A DNA stretch of 64,000 nucleotides from an uncultured delta proteobacterium (lineage in GTDB: Bacteria > Myxococcota > B64-G9), in assembly GCA_963754925.1 (NCBI GenBank), contig CAVWHX010000003.1, forward strand, positions 96,001 through 160,000. The letters are read 5' to 3'. Positions 10,296-19,078 of the stretch are shown piece after piece; position 1 is the stretch's first letter, and each line of letters opens with the position of its first letter. Both the position numbers and the translations under genes were made by a program. The notes below the pieces were generated by a model. That model searched no databases, was not told the origin of the DNA, and saw only the letters and a program-made list of their open reading frames with translations.

Positions 10296-11521
10296 CAGCC
10301 GCCTTCCTTTTCGGCGTCAAAAACAAATTGTTTAAGAAAGAGGGGAGAACCGAAAGCGGATTTGAGAACCGTGACATCCCGAAGTCGCTTCTCCATGCCG
10401 AAATCCTCCATGTAACCGTAACCGCCGAACACCTGCAGACAGTCGGTAACCGCACGGGCGCAGAGCTCGGTAACCGCCAATTTTGCCGCCGCCGGTTTCA
10501 GAAGCTGCCGCGGGGTTGTAAAATTACATTCCTTGAGGGAGAAAACCATCGCCTCGGCGGTTTCGATGGCTGCCTCGGATCCCGCGATGAGCATCTTGAC
10601 CGCCGGATGTTCTTCGATCTGAGATCCCCCCTGGTAGCGCTCAGCAGCATACGCACGGGCTGCTGCGGCGGCGCCTTTCGCGATGCCGACGGCTATGGCC
10701 GACATCCCCGCCCAGTTCAGGCCCAAAGCACGAAGAACAAGTCCGCGGGCGTCTCCATCGTCCAGACGCGCATCGCGAGGAACGCGTACTTTCTTAAACT
10801 CAACGTGTTCCAACCGGCAGGCTCGAAGGCCGGTTCGCGCACCGACGTCCGTCCTCGCAATTCCGCTTCCATCCTCTGGTATCAGGAAACAGCCCCATCG
10901 TTCGCCTGCGCGCGCAAGCACCACATATGCTTCAATTCCGTTCATCGAGTACACAAAGGATTTAGTACCGTCGATGACATACGTGTCTCCTTCGTCAATT
11001 GCCGTGGTCATGATCCGCGCCGGAGCATCCTTCCCGGGAGCAACAATCGTGGCAAGAGAAGGCGGCCCAATCCCCTCCTGCAAACAAAGGCCAACCCGCA
11101 CCGGAGCACGCAGTTTCTTGTCCTTTGTTTGGAGCACCAGGTTTGACGCCACCCCTTGGGCGTGCAAACACATGGCGACTCCGCCGCAGGTTTCGGCGAT
11201 AGTCGACAGCAGCAGCAGAGACGGGGTCAATCCCTGGTCATCGATGGCGCTGCCCCAGATGCCGTAGGTGCGTCCGGACATCGACAACTCAGGAGAAGCA
11301 GCGATGCCGGTGCTGAAGGCGATATCGAGTTTTTCCGGTAAAAGATTTAAGTTGCCGTCGGGCTCCCCGCCAAACAGGGGTAGGAGCGATTTTTTTGAAT
11401 ACTGGCGAGCCAACTCTCGGTAGTGAAGCAGGTCTTCCGCGCTTATTCCTGGCGTAAGCTCCTTTTCCATGTTCTGCCCTTTTGTTTTATATGTATCTGG
11501 AGTTCTCCGGTAATAACTCAA
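10295..11521 (-). CDS. Acyl-CoA dehydrogenase-like subunit, degenerate active site
   Basis: IDGTKSFV, ERYQGG, QVFGGYGY...RD present but no YEG motif; stop overlaps the next start (TGATG). Confidence 0.88.
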   Translation of the reverse strand: MSYYRRTPDTYKTKGQNMEKELTPGISAEDLLHYRELARQYSKKSLLPLFGGEPDGNLNLLPEKLDIAFSTGIAASPELSMSGRTYGIWGSAIDDQGLTPSLLLLSTIAETCGGVAMCLHAQGVASNLVLQTKDKKLRAPVRVGLCLQEGIGPPSLATIVAPGKDAPARIMTTAIDEGDTYVIDGTKSFVYSMNGIEAYVVLARAGERWGCFLIPEDGSGIARTDVGARTGLRACRLEHVEFKKVRVPRDARLDDGDARGLVLRALGLNWAGMSAIAVGIAKGAAAAARAYAAERYQGGSQIEEHPAVKMLIAGSEAAIETAEAMVFSLKECNFTTPRQLLKPAAAKLAVTELCARAVTDCLQVFGGYGYMEDFGMEKRLRDVTVLKSAFGSPLFLKQFVFDAEKEGG

Positions 11522-11540
11522 CCTCCGTATAGTTTCTATC

Positions 11541-11725
11541 TCATCTCGAACGTTCAGTCCAGCGGCCTGCCGAACAGGTTCCGAAACCGGTATCCACCAG
11601 AATCAACCGTCCCCCGTATTCGATGAGCAAGCAGAGGCAGCGGCTCCGATCGAGTTGCGGTGCGAAGAGCCCCGCCATCCGGGGATACATGGTGCCGCAA
11701 TTGAGATAACTCCTCGGGACGTCAT
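11541..11725 (-). pseudogene. N-terminal remnant of a metallo-beta-lactamase-fold hydrolase
   Basis: YLNCGTMYP...CLCLLIEYGGRLILVDTGFG then a stop before the HxHxDH motif; start codon out of frame. Confidence 0.65.
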
Positions 11726-11817
11726 CTTATTTTCCCAATCCGAGCCCTTAGGAACAATCGACAGGAAGCCCGGATAAGATTCATCGTTTTTTGCCCTTAG
11801 ATTGTTAATGTCGCTTT

Positions 11818-11934
11818 TCAGCGCGTTCTTTTAACGCTCCATTCATGGTACCTGCCCAGATCGGTGAGCGCATTCCAGACCGGCCCCGCCGGCGTGTTAA
11901 TTTCAATCATGGTATGAATCGTGAAATTGAACAT
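11818..11934 (-). pseudogene. N-terminal remnant of an SRPBCC/polyketide cyclase family protein
   Basis: MFNFTIHTMIEINTPAGPVWNALTDLGRYHEW then a stop at codon 39; AAGGA RBS. Confidence 0.65.
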
Positions 11935-11978
11935 GACTCTTTATCCTTCTATTTGCGATTCGCTGTTGGCGTACCGCA

Positions 11979-12007
11979 TAAATATGAAATTAGTTTCATA
12001 TTGTCAA
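11979..12007 (-). promoter_or_regulatory. Promoter with overlapping palindromic operator for the SRPBCC-MBL-ACAD operon
   Basis: AATATGAAA-ttag-TTTCATATT inverted repeat (11981-12002) between TTGACA and TATTTA on the minus strand. Confidence 0.65.
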
Positions 12008-12103
12008 GCGGAAAATGGTGTGCCGTTACCTGTTAGCGCCGGTGAGTTGAAAATATTCGGAATACGTTTCGCTTGTCTAAGAAAAAATGGAGAGTAGTGG
12101 AAG

Positions 12104-12349
12104 TTATGTCCGCTTGAAGAGGCGCAAGACAAAAATGAGCACGACTGCGCCGACGGTCGCGACAATCAGCGAACCGAGCAGACCTCCGCCTATCGACACC
12201 CCAAGCTGTCTAAAGAGAAATCCGCCAAGCAAGGCACCTATTATGCCCACGACGATGTTGCCGATAACGCCAAAACCCCCGCCACTTACCAACTTTCCCG
12301 CTAGCCACCCTGCAACCAATCCAATCAAGATAAACCAAATAAAATCCAT
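12104..12349 (-). CDS. GlsB/YeaQ/YmgE family (transglycosylase-associated) stress membrane protein
   Basis: IGLVAGWLAG..GNIVVGIIGALLGG..ATVGAVVL; AGGAGGAG RBS. Confidence 0.93.
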   Translation of the reverse strand: MDFIWFILIGLVAGWLAGKLVSGGGFGVIGNIVVGIIGALLGGFLFRQLGVSIGGGLLGSLIVATVGAVVLIFVLRLFKRT

Positions 12350-12411
12350 AATTAGCTCCTCCTATAAAAGACTCATCACACGATCCTAATTCAGGGGATC
12401 AAACTCTAAAC

Positions 12412-12442
12412 TCAAGTTAGAGCTGTTTTTGGGCTTGTCAAT
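12412..12442 (-). promoter_or_regulatory. Conserved extended promoter (copy 2 of 3)
   Basis: ATTGACAAGCCCAAAAACAGCTCTAACTTGA, 26/31 identical to copy 1. Confidence 0.65.
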
Positions 12443-12545
12443 AGGATTATTTTCCTTTCCAATGTCCTATTGACTACTTGTTCTCTATTCTTATATTAAA
12501 AAATAATTTCGCGGTAGTTGGACTCACTTCATAGAAAGGTCAACC

Positions 12546-13610
12546 ATGAGTCAAAAACTATTAATACCCATAATAACTACGTTGCGGAGTGGTACATTAT
12601 TCTCTTTTACGATTCTTATCGGCGTCGTAACCGGGTGTGGAGGATCGAGCGGTCCGACGGTCACCCAGAGAAGCGACGCAGCGCAGAAAACGGTCGCCAA
12701 CAACTCCAATTGCACCACCCTTGGCGACTTTTACTGGGAGGTTGGCGACAAGAACGGCTCGCTGGTCTCTGGAGCGGTCGGGACGACCTATAGCTCCACC
12801 ACGGAAATGGATATCGCTTCGGCTTCGAAACTCATCTTCGGCGCCTATGTGGTTGAGAGCTTTAAGAGTAACCTGTCGAAAGCCGATGCACAAGCTATGC
12901 GCATGGGGAGCGGCTACGTGAGCCTGCAATACGAGGCGTGCGTGGATTCTGCAACTGTATATGATTGTTACAGTGCTCCGCACGTAGCACCAAACCTTCT
13001 AAACAAGAACAACTCCGACCTCACTCAATCCGACGTGGGCCAGTTCTATTACAACGGAGGTCATTTCCAGAGATATGCGGCTGCTGCAACAACTGACAAC
13101 CCGCCCGGCCTCGGTCTCGGCTCTCTCGATAACGCCGGCCTCGCAGGCGAAATGGAAAAGCTGCTGGGCCAGGAGCTGACCATAGCTTACAGCTCGCCGC
13201 AACTTGCCGGAGGCGCTCATATGAGCGCCGCCGACTATGCTCAGTTCCTTCGGAATATCCTTTCAGGCGGGCTCGCCATACGAGATCACCTGGGCGAAGA
13301 CCCTGTATGCACTAATCCCAGCACCTGCTCGACCGCCATCTACAGCCCGGCTGAGCCCTACTCTTGGCACTACTCCTGGGGCCATTGGATCGAGGATGAC
13401 CCATCGAACGGCGACGATGGGGCATTCAGCAGTCCGGGCGCCTTCGGATTCTATCCTTGGATAGATGCCTCAAAGAAATACTATGGGATATTGGCCCGCA
13501 AAGTAGGATCCATCGACATTTCTCAAGGCGTTACCGTCCAAGCCTACAAGGCATCGGTTTTGTGCGGCCGGCTCATCCGAGCGGCATTTCTAACCGGTGT
13601 TGAGCAATAA
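12546..13610 (+). CDS. Putative lipoprotein with a beta-lactamase/serine-hydrolase-like fold
   Basis: Lipobox VTGC, IASASK (SxxK), FYYN, YSWGHW, SSPGAFGFYPWID. Confidence 0.7.
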   Translation: MSQKLLIPIITTLRSGTLFSFTILIGVVTGCGGSSGPTVTQRSDAAQKTVANNSNCTTLGDFYWEVGDKNGSLVSGAVGTTYSSTTEMDIASASKLIFGAYVVESFKSNLSKADAQAMRMGSGYVSLQYEACVDSATVYDCYSAPHVAPNLLNKNNSDLTQSDVGQFYYNGGHFQRYAAAATTDNPPGLGLGSLDNAGLAGEMEKLLGQELTIAYSSPQLAGGAHMSAADYAQFLRNILSGGLAIRDHLGEDPVCTNPSTCSTAIYSPAEPYSWHYSWGHWIEDDPSNGDDGAFSSPGAFGFYPWIDASKKYYGILARKVGSIDISQGVTVQAYKASVLCGRLIRAAFLTGVEQ

Positions 13611-13668
13611 ACCGTCTTCTAAGAATCCAACCGCATTAATGCTGTCATCCGATCCCATTTCATAGCTG

Positions 13669-15199
13669 TTAATGCGGGCGAAGTTCCACGTTACCTCCTG
13701 GTTTTTTCATCAACAGGAGCAGAGGCAAAACAAATATCATCAATAATGAGAGGATGAAAAAGACGTCGTTAAACGAAAGCATCGACGCTTGCCTGAGAAG
13801 TTCTTGGTAGATCACCCCCGTGCTTCCCGAACCCGGCGTCGGGGCTGTAAAACCCCTTCCCCTCAGCGCCGAATCTATCTGCGGAAGGGCGTGCTGAAAG
13901 TTACTGTCGAAAGGGGTAAGGTGTTCGATCAATCGGAATTGATGAAATTGAGCCCGCCGGGCAAGTAACGTGGCCGAAAACGCTACGCCGATGCTCCCCC
14001 CCCAGATTTCTTAAGAGGTTGAACACGGCCGTGCCGTTTGCCATTTGCTCCTTGCGTATTCCCGACATGGTCATGGTGGTGAGAGGCACAAAAAGGAAAC
14101 CGGTGCCAAACCCCAAAACCACTCGCGGCCAAATGATCGATGAAAGGCTGGCATCCAGATTGAAAAGCGACATGAGATGGACCGAATACGCCGCTATGAT
14201 AATGCCGAAAGCAAGAATGAACTTAGGATTGATCCTATTGATAAGCTGCCCGGCGATAAGAAGGGAAACCATGGAAGCAAGACCGCCGGGCCCCAGGACA
14301 AACCCCGCCAGGTACGCCGTGTATCCCATCAACGTCTCAAGGTAGATCGGCAGCAACACAATGCTCCCGAAAAGAGTGAAGAAATTAAAAAACATTATCA
14401 AATTTCCGGAAGCGAACGAAAGCGTTTTGAATATCCGCAAATCGATGATGGGATGCTCGCTATAGAGTTCAACCAAAATAAAAAGGAGCAGGGCGGATAG
14501 GGAGATAAAACTCATACCGACAATAAAATAAGAGGAGAACCAGTCCTCCCGTTGGCCCTTATCCAGAACCAATTGCAAACATCCAATGCCCGCGGTCAAC
14601 AGAAAAAGCCCCCAGTAATCGATTTTCATCCTTGCCCGTTCCATGTAGGGAGGATTGACGATGAACAACGAGACCATCAGAATCGAAATAATCCCGATCG
14701 GGACATTGACCAGGAATATCCAGTGCCATGTCCAGTTGTCGGTAATCCAGCCTCCCAAGAGCGGCCCGATGATGGGGCCGAACATGATGCCTATCCCGAA
14801 GAGCGCCATAGCCGTTCCGTGCTGTCGAGGAGGAAAGCTTTCAAGCAAAATCGCCTGGGAAAGAGGCTGAAGGGCCCCTCCCCCGATCCCCTGGAGCACC
14901 CTGAAAAAAACCAAACTGGTAAGACTCCAGGCGGAGCCGCACATAAACGAGCTCGCGGTGAACAGAGCCAGGGATAGCATCAGGTAGGTTTTCCTGCCAA
15001 AAAGCCTACTCAGCCACGCGCTGATGGGAATGATGATGGCGTTGGATACCAGATACGACGTGATAATCCATGTGGACTCGTCAATTCCTGACGACAGACT
15101 GCCGCGGATATTGTCGAGAGAGACATTGACCACCGAGGTATCGATGATCTCGATGAGCGTCGGAAACATAACCGTGAGGGCGACGATCCATTTATTCAT
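13669..15199 (-). CDS. emrB: DHA2 family MFS efflux permease (EmrB-like), frameshift at 13996-14003
   Basis: IIDTSVVNV, WIITSYL, RVLQGIGGG, GPIIGPLLGG. Removing one G from the G8 run restores NLGGSIGVA and joins ORF 13669-13932. Confidence 0.88.
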
Positions 15200-16298
15200 G
15201 AGAAGTAGTGATAGTGGGGGTGACCGACATGCCGATCCGCAACTGGTGTTGGGAGTCTTCCCCGGGGTCGAGTAATATTCTTACCGGTATTCGCTGGACC
15301 ACTTTCACATAATTTCCGGTGGCGTTCTCGGAAGGAAAGAGAGAGAAGACCGCTCCCGTTCCCGCCATAATGCTGTCCACCCTGCCGTGAAATACCTTTC
15401 CCGGATAGGTATCGACATCGATCTCGACCTTCTGGCCTGGTTTGACATCGGTTAAATCGGTTTCCTTGTAATTGGCGGTGATCCAGAGGTCTTCCTGATT
15501 AAGGGGAACGACCGCCATGAGGGGTTGGGCGGGTTGAATCTGATTCCCCACTTCCACCGTTCGTTTCGTGACGTACCCGTCTGCGGGAGCGACAATTTTG
15601 GTATAACTCAGATTCAATTGCGCTTGGCGGAGGGCCTCTTCCTTTTCCTTGATCAGCGCTTCTTGCATAGGAATACCGGCTTCGGTTTCCTTGATGAGCG
15701 CCTTCTGCGTCTCCACCGAAGCAACGGTCTGTCGAACCTGATCCGCCGAAGCTTTCGCCTGGAGCGAAGAGACCTCATACGTCGTTTTCGCTTGGTCATA
15801 CTGTTGCTGAGGGATGACGCTTTCTTTCAAGAGCGCCTCCGCTCTCTTGAAGTTCGTATCGGCCAGACTAAGATTGGCTTCTTGGGCCTCCCGATTTGAA
15901 CGGGACGCTTCCTTGGAAGCGATTATTTGAGAAAGCTGCGTCGTTACCGTCGTGACTTTTTTAATGAGCTGAACGAGTGCGGCCTGTTCGTTTTCGAGAT
16001 CGGCTTGCGCCTCCTTCAGTTTAACCTCGTAATCCGCCGGATCGATATCAAGAAGTAGGTCGCCAGCTTTAACGAACTGGTTGTCTTGAACATAAACAGT
16101 CCGTACCGTTCCTGAAACCTTGGATGCAATCGTATGAATCCGGCCGTCGACATAGGCATCATCCGTTGAAATATGACTTTTTTTATATTGAAGATATAGA
16201 TAAATCGCCAACGCGCCGACTACGATGATGGTCGGAAAGATAACGAAAACCAGTATAGTCTTTCTTCTTCGATTTTGATTCGCATCCTTTTCAGCCAT
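15192..16298 (-). CDS. emrA: HlyD/EmrA family membrane fusion protein
   Basis: STDDAYV, ANYKET, ENATGNYVKVVQRIPV. Confidence 0.92.
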   Translation of the reverse strand: MAEKDANQNRRRKTILVFVIFPTIIVVGALAIYLYLQYKKSHISTDDAYVDGRIHTIASKVSGTVRTVYVQDNQFVKAGDLLLDIDPADYEVKLKEAQADLENEQAALVQLIKKVTTVTTQLSQIIASKEASRSNREAQEANLSLADTNFKRAEALLKESVIPQQQYDQAKTTYEVSSLQAKASADQVRQTVASVETQKALIKETEAGIPMQEALIKEKEEALRQAQLNLSYTKIVAPADGYVTKRTVEVGNQIQPAQPLMAVVPLNQEDLWITANYKETDLTDVKPGQKVEIDVDTYPGKVFHGRVDSIMAGTGAVFSLFPSENATGNYVKVVQRIPVRILLDPGEDSQHQLRIGMSVTPTITTSHE

Positions 16299-16365
16299 TT
16301 TTTATGATCTCACGATTCAAACCATAGGGAATGAGCTTTTCGGAAACAGCCAATACGTATCTTCA

Positions 16366-16396
16366 TGAAATTAAATCTGATTTTACGTTTGTCAAT
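16366..16396 (-). promoter_or_regulatory. Conserved extended promoter (copy 3 of 3)
   Basis: ATTGACAAACGTAAAATCAGATTTAATTTCA, 24/31 identical to copy 1. Confidence 0.6.
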
Positions 16397-16533
16397 AAGG
16401 GCCCCAGAAACAGGCCGTCATTGCAATTCGTGACGTATCTACTCTATTATGGGTTGGGTCGATGGGTCGTTACCTAGACCCAACTTCGTTCGAATAGTTG
16501 CCTTCCGTCACGCTTCAAATACACTGCTTTGTG

Positions 16534-17769
16534 ATGAATCCCTGGCGCTATGTCCCAAGCCTCTACTTCGCCGAGGGTCTTCCCTATACCCTCGTCAACA
16601 AGGTATCAATCACCTTGCTCAAAGGGCTCGGGGCGGGAAACGAACTCATAAGCCTAACCAGCTTTCTCCAATTGCCCTGGGTACTCAAATTGTTATGGGC
16701 ACCGATGATTGAGCGCTTCGGCACCAAGCGTCGTTGGATTCTCCTAACGCAATCGTGCCTGGCTGCCCTATTCTGCCTTCTGGCGCTTGGGTTGGTGACG
16801 CCGGAGCCCGTGGCGCTCACGCTCATAATGTTTGTCGTGATCGCTTTTGCATCAGCCACCCATGACATCGCCGTCGACGGATACTACCTCGAAGCGCTCG
16901 ATCTCAAAGAACAGGCTTTGTTTGTCGGCATCCGCTCTGCGGCCTACCGCGTGGCATTTTTGGCCGGTTCCGGGGGTCTGGTCTTTTTAGCCGGCTTTCT
17001 GAATCAAACCGGTTTCACGCTTCAATCCGGCTTTTCGATTTCGTGTTTGGTATGCGCAGCCGTGTTTGCCGTGTTAATGTTGTACCATTTGGCGCAATTG
17101 CCGGCCACTTCGCGCACCATCCTTGATCCTGTTCCTCAACGACGATTTTCCCACGAGTTTGTTGAAGCGTTCAGGTCATATCTGCGCCAGGACCGCATCG
17201 TCTGGATCCTGGCTTTTGTCGTGTTATTTCGCTTGGGGGACGCTCTACTACTCAAGATGACGCAGCCCTTTTTGTTGGATCCGCCGGAGGCGGGCGGCCT
17301 GGGGCTCAGCACGGCAACCATAGGCTTAATCGACGGAACGCTCGGGACCGTGTGTTTGCTAACCGGAGGAATCATCGGGGGGGTGCTGGTTGCCCGCGAT
17401 GGGCTGCGGCGCTGGATGTGGCCTATGGCTCTCGCCCAGAATCTTTCCCTTTTGCTCTATTGGTTACTCGCGCTCGAACGACCCGGAATCATTGCCGTGA
17501 CGTTGGTGAATGCGGCAGAGCAGTTCGGCTACGGGCTCGGCGGGGCGGTCTATACCGTCTTTCTCATGCGCACCGTCAAACCAGAGTTCAAAGCCGCTCA
17601 TTTCGCCATCGCCACGAGCTTCATGGCGCTCGGGATGATGCTTCCGGGCGCGGTCTCCGGGTACCTCCAGGCGGCGCTTGGTTACACTGATTTCTTTTTA
17701 TTGAGCTTCTTCCTGGCGTTACCCGGTCTGCTGCTTCTTTTCATGGTGCCCTTTCGCGAAACGACCTAA
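16534..17769 (+). CDS. AmpG-like MFS transporter
   Basis: LYFAEGLPY, LPWVLKLLWAP, SATHDIAVDG; about 12 TM segments. Confidence 0.88.
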   Translation: MNPWRYVPSLYFAEGLPYTLVNKVSITLLKGLGAGNELISLTSFLQLPWVLKLLWAPMIERFGTKRRWILLTQSCLAALFCLLALGLVTPEPVALTLIMFVVIAFASATHDIAVDGYYLEALDLKEQALFVGIRSAAYRVAFLAGSGGLVFLAGFLNQTGFTLQSGFSISCLVCAAVFAVLMLYHLAQLPATSRTILDPVPQRRFSHEFVEAFRSYLRQDRIVWILAFVVLFRLGDALLLKMTQPFLLDPPEAGGLGLSTATIGLIDGTLGTVCLLTGGIIGGVLVARDGLRRWMWPMALAQNLSLLLYWLLALERPGIIAVTLVNAAEQFGYGLGGAVYTVFLMRTVKPEFKAAHFAIATSFMALGMMLPGAVSGYLQAALGYTDFFLLSFFLALPGLLLLFMVPFRETT

Positions 17770-17920
17770 GCCGCCTCGTAGCTAACGCCCATCAGTTTTT
17801 CCTGTTGAAGAAAAAGTGCATTTGGTGGTAAGCATGGCTTTAGATGGTGGTTTGCCAATGGTGATATCCAACCTACATTGTTGAGAAGCTGACGATCTGG
17901 GCTCAAGGGGGAGGGCAATC

Positions 17921-19078
17921 GTGGACAAGCCAATAGCGGTTCGCATACTTTTCATGAGGGATTCCGCCAAGGAGACCCAGCGGATTGTTGACGAGCTCCG
18001 CCGGGGTCATTTTGATCCTGCCTACAGCTTGGTGGACACCATTCCTGCCGCGCAAAGCGCTCTCGATGCCGGCCGATGGGATCTCGTGATCGCCGACTTT
18101 TCCCTCGAGCACGGTGCCGGTCTCGATGTCTTGGCATGTATACAAAAGCAAGGGATCGATCTTCCGTTTATGGTGATCACGAAATCAGCTGATGAAAAGC
18201 GCGCCTACCAAGCGCTCAAAGCGGGCGCTTTAGAGTTCCTGACCTTCGATCAACTCAGCCGCCTCAACCCGATCGTTGAGCGTGAGTTGAGCCAGGCAGC
18301 CATCCGTCGACAGTGGCGTCGGACGGAACAGGTCACGCTGCCCCGTGAGGAGACCGAGCACCTTGCCATTGATAGGACCGCTGATACGGATGGGGCAACG
18401 AATTTGAAGCAATTGATTGGCGGCATCGCGCATGACTTCAACAACCAATTAGCAGTAATCTTATCGGCCGCTGCATTTGTTCTCGAAAGCGTAGAGCGCT
18501 CTAACCCCCTGCGCCAAGAAATCGAGCAGATCCTCAAGGCAGGCCGGCAAGCCAATGTTCTGAACCAACAATTATTGCTGCTCGGACGGTCGGAAGACAA
18601 CAGCTCGCAGGGGCGCCGGTTCGACGAGCTGCACGCGGCAACCGTCAGCTCCTATCAAAAAAATTGCATCCTGGTGGTCGAGGATGACGAAAGTGTCCGT
18701 AAACTGGTCTGCCGGATTCTCCTGGCGAACGGGTACGAGGTCCTCTCGGCCCAAAACAGCAACGAGGCGCTCGCCATTTGCCAGCGCACCGACAAACCCA
18801 TCAACCTGCTGCTGACCGACGTGATTATGCCGGGGTTGTCTGGCAAGGTTCTCGCCGATCAGCTTATGCAGAATTACCCAGGCATCAAAGTACTGTTCAT
18901 GTCCGGTTATACCGACGAGGCAATCAGCTGGCAGAACAGCATGGCGCCGAACACGAGCTTCATTCGAAAACCGTTCGGCAACTTCGAGCTCCTCAGTTGC
19001 GTGCGCGAGGTTCTTGAAGAGGACGCCTTAGGTTCGCAGCCCCCAAGCGCAACAGACACGAATAAGACTACACATTGA
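17921..19078 (+). CDS. Atypical hybrid signalling protein REC-HisKA-REC lacking the HATPase domain
   Basis: N-terminal receiver, GGIAHDFNN H-box and C-terminal receiver (VVEDD, LTD, MSG, KPF), with only about 25 aa between DHp and REC. Confidence 0.85.
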   Translation: MDKPIAVRILFMRDSAKETQRIVDELRRGHFDPAYSLVDTIPAAQSALDAGRWDLVIADFSLEHGAGLDVLACIQKQGIDLPFMVITKSADEKRAYQALKAGALEFLTFDQLSRLNPIVERELSQAAIRRQWRRTEQVTLPREETEHLAIDRTADTDGATNLKQLIGGIAHDFNNQLAVILSAAAFVLESVERSNPLRQEIEQILKAGRQANVLNQQLLLLGRSEDNSSQGRRFDELHAATVSSYQKNCILVVEDDESVRKLVCRILLANGYEVLSAQNSNEALAICQRTDKPINLLLTDVIMPGLSGKVLADQLMQNYPGIKVLFMSGYTDEAISWQNSMAPNTSFIRKPFGNFELLSCVREVLEEDALGSQPPSATDTNKTTH

